The position numbers were made by a program, and so were the translations under genes. A stretch of 42,754 nucleotides of DNA from Perkinsus olseni. Its lineage: Eukaryota. This document shows positions 1-12,400 of this stretch, in pieces. A model generated the notes under the pieces. The model did no database searches. It saw only the letters and a list, made by a program, of their open reading frames with translations, and had not been told where the DNA came from. The first letter of the stretch is position 1, and each line of letters begins with the position of its first letter. The stretch is from contig JABANN010000286.1 of assembly GCA_013115125.1 (NCBI GenBank), forward strand, positions 1-42,754. The letters run 5' to 3'.

Positions 1-411
1 TTGAACAAGATTTGTGCATTCTCGTTCCTGGGAACGTTCCTGAAACTCAGGAACGGTTTATTGAACAGCCCGTTAGATTCTCTAACGGAGAGCGCCGGCC
101 TATCCTGATGCATGTAAATGTCGGTATCAGAAAATCGATGCTCATATTGGTGGCATTGTGTTCGAGTATCTTACGTTGAGCATTGCAAGATACGCACGAG
201 GTCAAGTTGGCGCCCTTCTGACAGTCCAACCACTATAATACTAGTTTCTGGCTGCGGTTAATACAGATTCATCAGAGTGCTACGCCGACGTCCGCGGACG
301 TTTTTGAACTTTTTAATTGGACTGCTCGCGATTTGTGTGTTTGTTAGAGTAAAGTTCGTTGCGTAGCGCTCTGCCAAATATCAGTTACAATACGGAAATT
401 GGAAGATTCAT
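1..411 (-). CDS. Possible 5' part of a divergently transcribed spliced gene (hypothetical protein, runs off the window start)
   Basis: By-eye splicing gives ATG at 411 (MNLPIS), then KLVIIVVGLSEGRQLDL, a GTGCGT...CATCAG intron, and an open exon DRPALSVRESNGLFNKPFLSFRNVPRNENAQILF to base 1. No homology recognised. Confidence 0.3.
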
Positions 412-470
412 GAAAGTTAACCTTTTCTGTCCCGTGCCATCATAACCAAAGATACTTGTAGCTTTTCACC

Positions 471-3400
471 ATGGCTAACTATTATTCCCTCGATATCGCG
501 CAACCCGACCCAAGGAAGGAGTTCATCGTGGAGGCCTGCATGGCGCTGCTGGGCATCTCTCAGAAGGACAGAGGAATCTTCAGGTCAGAGCGTGCGACTG
601 TCAAGCGTGCAAGATACGGTTAGGTCGAATCCTGAGTCGAACGGCGAGCTGGAGAAGTTCTTGGAGGACCTCAATACGAAGGTGAGAATTCTTGTAGGCG
701 AATCTGCCGGCTGGTGGTGAAAGAAAATCGGAAAAAATCTCTGCCGAAGCGGCTCGTTTTGAGATGAACTTCTGTCGAGTCTTCACGAACGTTCGATGAT
801 ATTTTCCTTGTTCGAATCGTGGCCTAACTGTCGAAGACGACATAAAGACATATTACGGAGAAGGGGTACGCAAGTACAAAAGACTGCTGTACCCGTGCAT
901 TCTCTGGTTCACCACCAGGATCAGCCATAAGAGAGACGACATTAGCAGTGGTTCCTGGTAACAATAGCATGCTCGTCGTTTTGGTGTCTCGCAACTGACC
1001 AAAAACTGCGAGGCTCAGGCCATCTCGCAGATTCTCTTCGCGTATGAGCAAGCTCACGAGACGGGGATCTCTGGGGAGTTCCGTAATGTTTGTCTTTCGA
1101 CAAGATACGAGGATATCCCCTCAAGGCTTGGAGGTACCACTGGACCTACGGATAAGTTAATCGATCGATTCATTCAGTCGCGGTTGTCTTTATCAAAATC
1201 GGCGTTGGTGAGCTTGCGGCAGAGACGATGAGCGGTAGAGTCGTCACTACCACTGTGGACGTTACCCACCCGATGAGGGGACTGCGGGGTGTCTTGAGAG
1301 AGGCTTACTCGAAGGTCGGTTGGTGGGAACCTTTTAAAGATTCTAATTTGGAATCTTGTACTCGAGAGGGGACCTACTCGCGATCGACTGTGGTCGAGTT
1401 TGGATACTACCGTGACGATATTCTAGAGAATATAAAAGTGAAATATCTTTTGAGCTTGAGCTCACCCTGGGTGAAAAAACATCAACATTATTACGAAGAC
1501 AAGTCAATTTTTTTACGTTCGGAAAATTCAGTAACGTCGAATTTTTGGCGCCAAAGCGTCCCTGTTTGCTCATTTCAGTAGATATTTATCGACGCGTGAA
1601 ATTATTTCGTGTTTTCTTTTTAGTTACTCGGCGACTCGGAAGTTGGCAGGTCGATGTGAGAATCTTCCGGCTGCGGGGGTGAGGTCCATTTTGGTGCTTT
1701 CAGCGAGGAGTTGGTATCTGGGCTTGAAGCTTGTATTAGTCGAGGCTCATTGAGTGAGAACTTCGACGAGGATAATATTGACAATGTAAATGGCGTTGAG
1801 GAAACACAAGAGTGCAAGTGGCGCTTCTTTGGGTAGATAGTAATTCCTTACGATGAGCTCGCTTCCTGGACGCAGCACAAGGAAGCTGGGAAGGAGAGCG
1901 GAGAACGGGTAGCCGGGGGCGTATCCAAGGTCGATCCTTGCTTTACGCGAGTCAATGGATATGCTCGGCCTTGCATGATACAGAATAGTCGTGCTCCGCT
2001 GGGATCGAGAAATGCGGAGGGATACATTTCGGCCGGCATTTTTCCAGGATTCTCAGAACCTGGAAAGTACCCCCGCTGATGCGACCGTGGACGATCGGTG
2101 CTTCTTTGTGTTGAATTCTGAGTGGAAGTTGGCTAAGCAGAGAGTATTCTATTAGACCGTCCGCCGGAGGGCCTCCGGTGATTCCGACCAGAGCAGGAAA
2201 TCCGGGCCTTGGCAGTAAATAGACTTCCCGCGATGGAGTTGAACTCTTAGTGTTGGCGAAAAATTTGTCGGAAAACGTTCCATCGCTTCCTCGTGTGTGC
2301 TTTCATCTCGTATCAAGTGGGTATGTTGGCTTCCAGGATTTGGTGGATTTCAGGTATCAAGAATTGCTAAGGAGCTTTCAGAGTGTCGCTTGGCGGCCCC
2401 GATGCTCTTCGATAATTCGTCCCCACAGGAGAGAGGTATCAGGCTGGGAGAGTATCTTGAACTCGCGCGAGGTATTTGGGAAATTCTTGTGGGTCTCTTC
2501 GTGATGGCATCATTTCATATGACCGGGTAATTTCAGAGTTATCTGTTTTCGGAATGTTCTACAGCTATGCCGCAAATAAAGCGATATAATCGTTCATCTG
2601 CGGGTGTATTTGTCCGGGTTTGTGACGTTTTAACCCGGGTAAATCTATCACATATCCCAGTAAATAATATTGCGATACTATACTTTACTGGAATAATTGA
2701 GTTCTCATCGTCCGGCGATGAGTGGAAAAGATATCCGAAAGGCACCCAACCAGGCACGGCATATCCAAGGTCGATCATAGCTCATCACGGATTTTCACCG
2801 CATTTTGGCTACCTCGTTTCATCATGTCAGGACAATCGTCTTTAGCGACTCTTCACGCCGCGATCGACGGAGTGCTGCCGCTGTTGGAGAATCTTAGTTT
2901 GGATGACAAGATCAACCCGGCTTATCCAGTGAAGAGGATGAAACGGTAAGATACTCGGTAAAACTAGATTGACCTTTCTGTTGCTCAGGCTGTTGGTGGT
3001 CATATCTTATAAGATATGTGCTGAGGTATCCTGGCATTTGGCAGAGGTGAAAGATATTTTCCAGCTGAAAGATAAGGGAGCATCCATGGTTGTTAGGGAG
3101 TCTCTAAAAGTGAACTACCAGAAACGTATTTGGTCGAACCATTTGTTGAAGTCAGGTTCTGGAGAGGTGGGTACAGTGTGTTCAAGATGGGCAGTTGCTG
3201 CCGGAGTCTCCTGTGGAGTCGACCAAGGGGGTAGGATGCTGGTGGTGGTTGTTGTGTTATTGTTCGGCTGTGTGGTCTAGTGGTATGATTCTCGCTTAGG
3301 GTGCGAGAGGTTCCGAGTTCAATAGTCGGCACAGCCCTTATCAGATCCTCGCCTCTCCCCTGCGTCTGGCGGACAGGATACGCTGCGTTAACTCCCTACA

Positions 3401-6400
3401 ACTTCAACAAAAGCAGCTCCGCTCAATAGCAGCCGACGCGACGTCCCCCATCACGCCCGCTGAGGTTCAGTCCCTCATCGAAGACGTTCCCCAGGCGGAC
3501 ACTCACAGCCTTTTCGGCGTCAGTGATTATTCTGAAATGGTCTGGAAGGAATTTTTCGGAAGATACGCCAGAAAGGCAGAGCCAATGGTGCTGAGGTTGA
3601 AGCCGCTCATCGACCGGCAGCTCGCGGCCCCCTCGGGTGATGCTGCGTCGACTGTTGCGAGTGTAACTGGGCAGTTCGGGGCGATGCTGGACTTCCCGAT
3701 TTTGCGGGAGAATCTTAAGAGTGAGAGACAGACCATCCTGATGATGTTGAAGCGCGAGTTGGACGAGGTAGAAGATTCTCTGGGGAGCTCAAGGTCGTTG
3801 GGGTATCTTGAGGATCTGCATCAGCTTGCGATGATGAGAGGGAAAGTGGACTTGATGGCTGCCGGCCTAGCACCGAGTTCAGCAGGATTCCTCCGCGACT
3901 TGCCGGGAGCGTCAGAGGCTCTATCCAATAGTCGTGGGATGTCCATGCTCATCAAAGGTCGGAAAGATACGCTCTTTAAACAATGGTGTGCTGAGATGTC
4001 GAGCAACTCGTCCGTGTGGCTGGACACTTCCGCCTCGGTGATCAAGACCAGCTCGGACGGCGGAGGAGATCTTGAAGTCACCTTTGATAGTCGACTGCTC
4101 CTCGCCACTAAGGAAGCTCGAGCCTTTACGAATGCTGGGTATCAGATCCCGAAGGATCTTTCTGCTAAGGTTGAAGCTGGCGAAAGATACTACAAGTATG
4201 CGGTATCTTTGCGAGAGGTGTGCATCTTTTATAATCAACTTTCTCTCGACCTTCTGCCCTTCCAAAAACCGATGCTTTTGACGGAGGCGTTGGCCTTCGA
4301 GGAGCTGCTGACGAAATCGAAGATGTCCAGCTGGAAGGGAGTTGAGCAGCTCAGGACTTTCACAGAGCGGGCTGAGGAGGGGAGGAGGAGATTGAAGAGC
4401 CTCAATGACAATCTTAGGTTGATGCATGATCAGGTCAGAATGGATAATCGATCAGATGGGCGTAGCGAGATTCTCTCTGCGGTCAGATTTTAAGTGGCAT
4501 TATTAGTCTTTGTGATCTTTCTCTACTACGGCAAGGCGAGCGATGGAGGTCGGCTTTGGCGGAGCTTCAGCGGAAGGTTGATATCGCTGCTGAGGACGCC
4601 GGGGCTTCGGATAAAGTGAGTTAAAATGGGGAAATGATTCCGATTTTGTTAATTTTTTACTAGTAAAAAAATTGGGGAAACCGTCAGGAAGAACCCGAAG
4701 TTGTAAGTGAGCTCAGGAAAGGGAAGAGAGAAACCCGAAGACGCTCTCTTGGAATTTGCCCCTCCTCCTTGGACCTTGGAAATCACATTTTTTGTGACGA
4801 TTTTCCGGATAAATGTCTGGACTTTATGGGAAGGTTTTTTGGGGAGATTCCGGAGATTTTCACCTTTCTTGGGACGATTTTTTGATGATTTTTCGCTCAT
4901 TTTTAGGATTCCTCCACCCAGCTTTGGCGAGCCCACTTGGATCGTCAGTTGAAGGCAGTCGTTGAGATACAGCTGATAAAGGGACTCCAAATGTTCAGTA
5001 AAACGCTCTCGGATGTAAGGCGCGAGAAATTACCGGTTCCGGAGTTTTCCCCCCACTTAAGATTCGCGTTGATATCATGTCAAGCGGGAAGAAGGTTGTG
5101 CTGAAGCCGTCAGTTGAGGAGCTCAGAAAGGTCATAATCGATCGCGTGATCGATTTCGTGAGGTCCTGGTTGTATTCAGAAATATTACCGCGAAGTGTTG
5201 AAGTTCGTCGGCCGAGTTGGAAAAATCAGAGGCTTCGGAGGAGCCCCGGGAATTTTCCGGAAAGTTTGCGAAGGTATTGCGCATCTTCCGGAAATTTTCG
5301 CACAGCGAAGAATATCTTTAGATTCTTCTGGCGTAAGAGAGGCCTTGGTGGCGGCCTATTCTCAAGCGGAGAACTTGTTCGATAGATTGGAGGAGGAGCG
5401 AGCTGGAGTGGAGCATTGGGGGGTAAAAATGCTCTCACCGGGGATCGATCCGGGGACCTTTCGATGGCCTCAGGTTATTGGTAGTGTCGGGGAGCAGCGA
5501 TTGGCGGAACTGGTGGAGATATATGATGGTTCTGGAGAGGCTTTGTGGGAGGCAAATTTGAAGCAGATGAAAAAGAAAAAACGGGAGCTGGAGAGAATAC
5601 CTGATTTCGTTAAAGTCGATTGCTTTACGGTTCACATGGTTATACTGAAAGCTGTCGTGGAGGAGCAAATTGAACGGTAAGGTTCTTGACCTATTTCGTA
5701 TCTTGCCAGCATCAAGCTCAGATTCTCATTGGAGATGGTTATATCTTTGAAACGGCGTATGAATGAACAGATCAAATCACTAACAGTGCAGCTCGAGGTT
5801 TCACTCGGCAAATTGACAGCCGCCCCGGAAAGTATTCGGGAAATTGCGGTATCAGAATCTGAAGTGAAGAAATTATTTGCCGAGCTGCCGAGCATCGGAC
5901 GACAGCTGGAGGCGTTGAGCGAGAGGGCGACTCTGATCGAGACGGCCGGGGGAGGGGCTGTCGTCGGACTGGACAGACTGAGGGAATTATGTGGCGCAGT
6001 GACGGTGAAAGTTGAGAGTTTTGGGACGATTGTGGAGGAAACGAGAGAAAAATTGAAGAGTAAAATGAGCGGGAGAGTGGCGGAGTTGAAGGGGATGGTG
6101 GAAAGATACGCCTCAAGATGGCAGGTCATAGGTTAACCTGTCATTGACGAGTATCTTTTTGTGATATAGGCCTTGAAACCGGTAGTAGAGGAAGGGGATT
6201 CGCCCTTCTCTACAGCGGTTAAGGAGGCGTCTGAGAGAATGGATGAATGGAAAAATGACTTCTCTGGGATTAAAACCTTTGCAGGTGAGACGCCTGTGGG
6301 TTTGGCGCTTTGTATTGGTTTCGCTTTGCAGATGCTCTTCGCAGTGATTGCGCAGAGTTCGGCATGGCTCCGCCGGAGGTATAATTTCGTGGCGCGCGAC

Positions 6401-9400
6401 ATCTCCGGCAGCCACTGGTCAGGTTGGAATATATGACTCTCTCGAGAGTGAGATATCCCAGGCCGTTTTATCCTGGGGAATTTTCTCCGATTTCCGGACG
6501 GTTTTACTCGACCTTGGCCGAGAGCTATGGCTGGAATTCCGCCCAAGGATAACCAGGCTCGGGCAGGTCATCGACGAATGGCGCGAAAAGGTACGGAAAA
6601 CATGGTCCCAAAAATTCCAATTTTTTGCGGATTTTTGCGGAAATTTTCGGCCAACATCCGCATTGATGAAATTGCTAGTCTTCTCTTTCGATTATCTTCG
6701 GCGACCATTCGGATGTTGAAAAATTTAGCATCAAAATTTTCAATACGCTTTCGCGAATACTTCGAGCTCGCGCGCGGGGATATCAATTTTTGAGTTTCTA
6801 CCGATCAATGTAGATCTGTCGGGCGGAGCTGGTCCTTGCTCTCTTCTTCCACCCACTCGGGATCTCCTCGGAGGTATCTTTCGACCTGCATGACAAGCAT
6901 GATTGCTGTTCTCTGCCTCGAATTTTTCATCGCTTATGGGAAAATATTTCTAAGCTTTTCCGGAAAATTTCCGTGCCGGTCAGATTTTACCGCGCTTGAC
7001 TGGTCGACCAACTCCTGTGGACCGGATGATGGTTAATTATTACAACCAGTTGGAGAGGGCCTATCCGATTATCAAGTCTTGCATGGGAGGGGAGACCTTC
7101 GGAAAGGAGCACTGGAAGGTGACAGAATCGATCGCGTGATCGATTTGTTACTCGTACGAGCATAGCCTCGATATGTCCGAATTCCGTGGCGCAGTGACGG
7201 AATTTTCAGATACTATTTTCCCTTGTTGGCCTGCCGAAAGATACCAAATTGGAGAATCTTACCGTTTCATCGATTATTGAAAATTGCGGGATGATTTTGG
7301 AGAATGAACAATCGATTAAGAATTTAGTGGCGCGCGCCGTTGGTGAAGTGACTCTGAGGGAGGCCATCTCGGAGCTCTCCTCATGGTTCGAAACAACGCA
7401 GCTAGAGGTGTCAGAATATGTCACCTGTGATGGTGGGAAGATTCCAATCGTTAAGGAATGGCAAGATTTGTTAAGTGGGCTAAGTGAGCAGCAAAGTTTA
7501 TGTGCATCACTGAAGGATTCGAAATTTTATGCGGGTTTTCGAGACCAGGCTGAAAGGTTGGAGGAGAAGTTGAACGCTTTGGATGAATTATTGCATCTTT
7601 TCAATAAGGTAGGAGTGCGTACCAAATTTTTCGCAACTCCTAGCTTCGCTCCGCTAAGGTTCAACGCAAGTGGGTTTATCTGGAGCCTGTTCTTGGTCGG
7701 GGAGCGTTACCATCGGAGAGTGCAAGATTCTCGAGGGTGGATAGAGATTTTCGACAATTTGTGAATTCGACATATGGCGGTGCAAAGCGCGCGCGCCCGG
7801 TTAATAGTTTGCTGGGGGGATATCGGGAGAGGACGAAATTATCCGAACTTGGAGCGATGCTGGAACAACTCGACCGGTGTCAGAAAGCTTTGAATGCGTA
7901 TCTTGAGGAGAAGAGGTTAACCTGTCCGAGACTGTATTTTATAGGAGACGAGGATCTTTTGGAAATTTTGGGGCGCGGTGATGATGCGACAATTGTACAA
8001 TCTCATTTGAGGAATTTGTTTACCGGAATTCACAGAGTTGAAATTGATGAGGAGAATCGCATTATTGCGATGGTGAGTATGATGGGAGAAGAGGTGAATT
8101 TGGTAGAGAAGATATCGATCACGCGATCGATTGAGGAGTGGCTGAGCGATTTGGACCGCGAGATGGTTGGTACACTGAAAAATTTGGTGGTGCGATGTAA
8201 AAATGGGGTGAATTTTTCCGATTTTCCGGGCCAAATTTTATGTCTGGGGGAAGCTATCCGATTCACGAGGGAGGTCGAAGATACTCTTGGAGCAGCGGGA
8301 TCGATCAAAGATATTCATCAAAGGTTGATGGGTCGATTAACGGAGCTTACAAAAATGCAAAAAGATGCTGACGATCTTAGCGGAGCGAAGCTGGAGGGGA
8401 TGATTATGGATACCATTCACAATGCTTCGGTGGTTGAAGAGTTGGTCGAGAAGAGGGTGGTTAATAAGGAGGACTGGGGATGGTGAGATTTCTCGCGCGC
8501 CACGAAATTATTCTGCGGAAATTCTCCGCGGTACGACTGGTATGCTCAAATGAAATTATTTGCGGCGGTGGGAAAAGTGTGAAAGAAAATAGCCGGTTGC
8601 TTCATCGCGAAATAAATTGGCGGAAAATTGGCGGAAAATTGGCGCAAAATTCCGGAAATTTTCTTGAAAAAAAATTTGCTTATTTAGGTATAAACAATTA
8701 AGATTCCATTCGACTCACGTCGGGGATGTTCATGTCAAGATGCTGGCTTGCCGACAGGAGTATTCATTCGAATATCAGGTTAGCTACGCGAAGAAAAATT
8801 TTCCGGAAAAAAAAATTATTTTCTTTTTTTTTCAGGGAAATAGTCCGAAATTGGTCCACACTCCTCTCACGGACAAGTGCTATATGACGTTGATGCACGG
8901 CTTGCATCTAGGCTATGGTGGGAATCCATACGGGCCAGCGGGAACGGGTATGGAACATCTTCGCTGTGTGCGGGGTATCTTAGGTTGATGCTCAGGAAAG
9001 ACGGAATCGGTGAAGGCGCTTGGGAGCTGGTTGGGTCGGCAAGTTTTGGTATTCAATTGTGATGAAGGAATCGACTATAAGAGTATGACGAGGATATTTG
9101 TCGGGTTAGTGAGGTAGGAAAAAAACTTCGCTCCGCTAAGAGCGTTTTTCACCAGTGTACAGCGTCGTTGCTGAAAACCGACATGAGTGTTGAAATGAGA
9201 GTTATGAAAAAAGGAATAGCCGGTATGAGCTCTTCCTCATTGAAGTAGCCATTCGGGTTGTTATGATGTCTTTCGAAATAGAGGCAGCGTAACAACGTGT
9301 GCAGTCGAGAGAGTGGACATATTAGCTTTGCATTAATTAGCCCTGCTTGCTTGGCTTCCCTTTGTCACGTTCCTGTTGTCGAGAGTTGGTGCATTTCAGA

Positions 9401-12400
9401 TGCGGTGCGTGGGGGTGCTTTGATGAGTTCAATCGTCTGTTAGAGGAGCAGATGTCGGCAATCTCGCAACAGATTGAAGTCATACAGTCGGCTATCAAAG
9501 GGAAGCTCCCAACTGTGGACTTGCTGGGCATGAGTAAGTTGCTCAAGGGTTTGGAGTGTCGGCTGTGTGGTCCAGTGGTATGATTCGCGCTTCGGGTGCG
9601 CGAGGTCCCGGGTTCGATTCTCGGCTCAGCCCTCTGTTCTTCTGCAACTCTAACTCTTCATACAATATTCGGAATGGTGCGAATGGAAGCTGAACAACCA
9701 GCATTCAACGCATGATTTTCCCGAGGGCAAAAAAGGCTGATGGGGGTCGTGCTCCCTTTCGGGCCATTTAGTGAAACCTGAAGGGCTTCTTGGGAGAATC
9801 CAACCTCCCGGTTCGAACTCTGAACAGTTTGCCCTCGTCAGATGTCAAAGTTAATCACAACGCGGGTATCTTCGTGACGATGAACCCTGCTGGTAAAGGG
9901 TATGGGGGGAGGCAGAAGTTGCCGGACAACCTCCGACAGCTCTTCCGACCAGTTGCGATGTCCGTGCCTGATAACGAGCTCATTGCTGAGGTGAGTTGGG
10001 TGCGGGGAAAGTAGTTTCGATTTTCGTAATTTCTTTGATGCGGACGATTTTTTCATTTGCAGGTTATTCTCTTTTCGGAGGGTTTTCGAAGTGCCAAATT
10101 GTTATCGGGCCGAATCGTCTCCCTGTTTCTGCTGAGTTCGCAGCTCCTGTCGGCCGAGCAGCACTACGATTGGGGACTTCGAGCGCTAAAGAGCGTCCTA
10201 ATGCTGGCAGGACAGCTCCTGCAGCGAGAGGGGGCTGCGTTGGGAAATGAGCAAGAAAGCAAGATTTTGGTCATGGCGGCTAGGTTGAGTATCTTGGCGA
10301 AATTGTCGAAGGAAGATACGACAAGATTCGCGTCACTTTTGGAAGATATCTTTCCGGGGGTTGAGGCAGCCGAGGTTGACCATGGTGCAATTGAAGTCTG
10401 TGTGGAAGATACGCTCAGAGAGAATCAGATGTGTGTTGAGGAAATGCAAGTGAGCAAGATCTCGCAGCTGCATGAGGCGTGTAAGCAACGGATTGGTGTG
10501 AGCATAGTCGGTCCGAGTGGTTCCGGGAAAACTGTGATCTGGCGGAGTCTGGCTGGAGGGTTGATGAGGTTGGGGAAGAGTACGAGCGTGCACACGATCA
10601 ACCCGAAGAGCATGTCAAAGCAGCACCTTTTGGGGAGGTTGAACGCGGACACGAGAGAGTGGACAGATGGGGTTCTGACGGCCGCTTCGAGGAAGGTGAG
10701 GGTGCCGGATAATTTCGTGGCGCGTGACGATTGCGATGTAGGTCAGCAAGGAGCCGCTCGAGACGGTTTGTTGGATTGTTTGTGATGGTGATGTCGATCC
10801 TGAGTGGATCGAATCGCTGAACTCAGTTCTGGGTGGGAAAAAAGTGAGGAAAATTTCCGAAAATTTCCCATTTTTTCAGATGATAATCGTCTTTTGACGC
10901 TCCCGAACGGCGAGAGAATACGTTTTCTTGACAATGTTAATTTTATTTTCGAAACGGATACCCTTGCCTATGCTTCCCCGGCGACAGTGTCACGACTTGG
11001 TGAGTCGGGGCTGCGGTTGACTGAGGAGAAGTGGCCATAAGACTGTAATTAGTGACCTGCCTCGTCCTGCGCTACGGTGAGGAGGAAGTTCCAGTAGAAC
11101 AAACTCGTTAGTTGTTAACGTACGTGAAACTGTGCTAACGTCAGAACGCAAACAATCGTTAGCTACGGGAAAATTTTGGCGGTGTGAAGCGCCGAAATTT
11201 CTACTAGAACGAAGAAATGCAGGAAAACGTTGAGAATTTTGCCGAAAATTTTACTCTCGTCGCAAAACTTTTACCTCCGACGTACCTTAAACATGAATCG
11301 AAACCTGGCTTTGACAAAATGATGCTTCCCGATCCCTCGTATTGGTCGGGTTGGATGGTATACGGTTCATGGTGTGAGGATTGAACCGAGGACCTTCGGG
11401 TATTCAAATGTAAAGCATTTGCGCGCTCGTCCAAATGATCAGGAATGGTGTATTTGCCTGAGGGAGGGGTCCGAGTGGAGGCGGTAGTCGAGAGATGGCT
11501 GAAGCAACGCGGGGAGAAGATCGGGGTATCAGCAACCGCATTCCTGGAGTGGTGCGAGTCCATCTTCTACAGGTAGCATTGAGGAAATGTAAGATTGGAT
11601 GAGATTGCAAGATGTTGTTGTCAGGTGCCTTGAGTGGGTTAAGGAGCATGTATCGCTGGGATCCGACCTCGGAGTAGAGGTGTCGGTGATGGGGTTGGTG
11701 AGGAATGTGCTGAGTCATGTTGAAGAAGCTATCAATAATGGGTTGAGAAAGGTAAACTGTAAGGATCGAGCCCACGACCTCACGAAGTGAGGAGTGAGTG
11801 TGGTTGAGGGCTCCCTCTAAGCGTGATTCTTATCCTTAGGAAACGTTTCTGCTGACCGTTGTCCGTGGGATGGGTGGATGCATCAGCAACTCTAATTTAT
11901 CAGCTCAGCTCTACAGGTGACCTCAGGGCTGCAATTTTCTGACACCTCTAGCTGTCATTAGATTCGCTTTCGAATGCGCCCAGGAGGTCTTGCCCGACGA
12001 AGCCGACCCCCAAAACTGTACTTGGAGCGATGAACTCGGACGACTGATAAGGTGAATAATTGGGAGAACGTTTATACATAGCAAGCGAATAATAGTTTGG
12101 GTGAAAAAATCCGACGCTGCTCTCAGATACCGAGCTGTATCCGATGCAGTCCCTCCGTGGTCGTCTTCGATACCGCTGGTCAAAACTCCGCAAGTGATGA
12201 TGATGTTGGACCTCCTCCAGCCACACTTGCGCAGCGGTGAGCTGCCTGTAATTTCGTGGCGCGCGGTCATGGCTATGGGAGTATCTTAGGTCGCCACTTC
12301 ATCCTTGCTGGACTTGAAGGTTCCGGCAAGAGGCTTCTCGTTAGACATGCCCTTGCGGAAATAGCAAGTGGGGAGTTCTGTGACGGAGTGGTTGAGAAAG

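Noticed and set aside
431-451. CCCGTGCCATCATAACCAAAG upstream of the dynein ATG, resembling a dinoflagellate/perkinsid spliced-leader relic
   Set aside because: Too many mismatches to the CCGTAGCCAT...GGCTCAAG leader to distinguish from chance.
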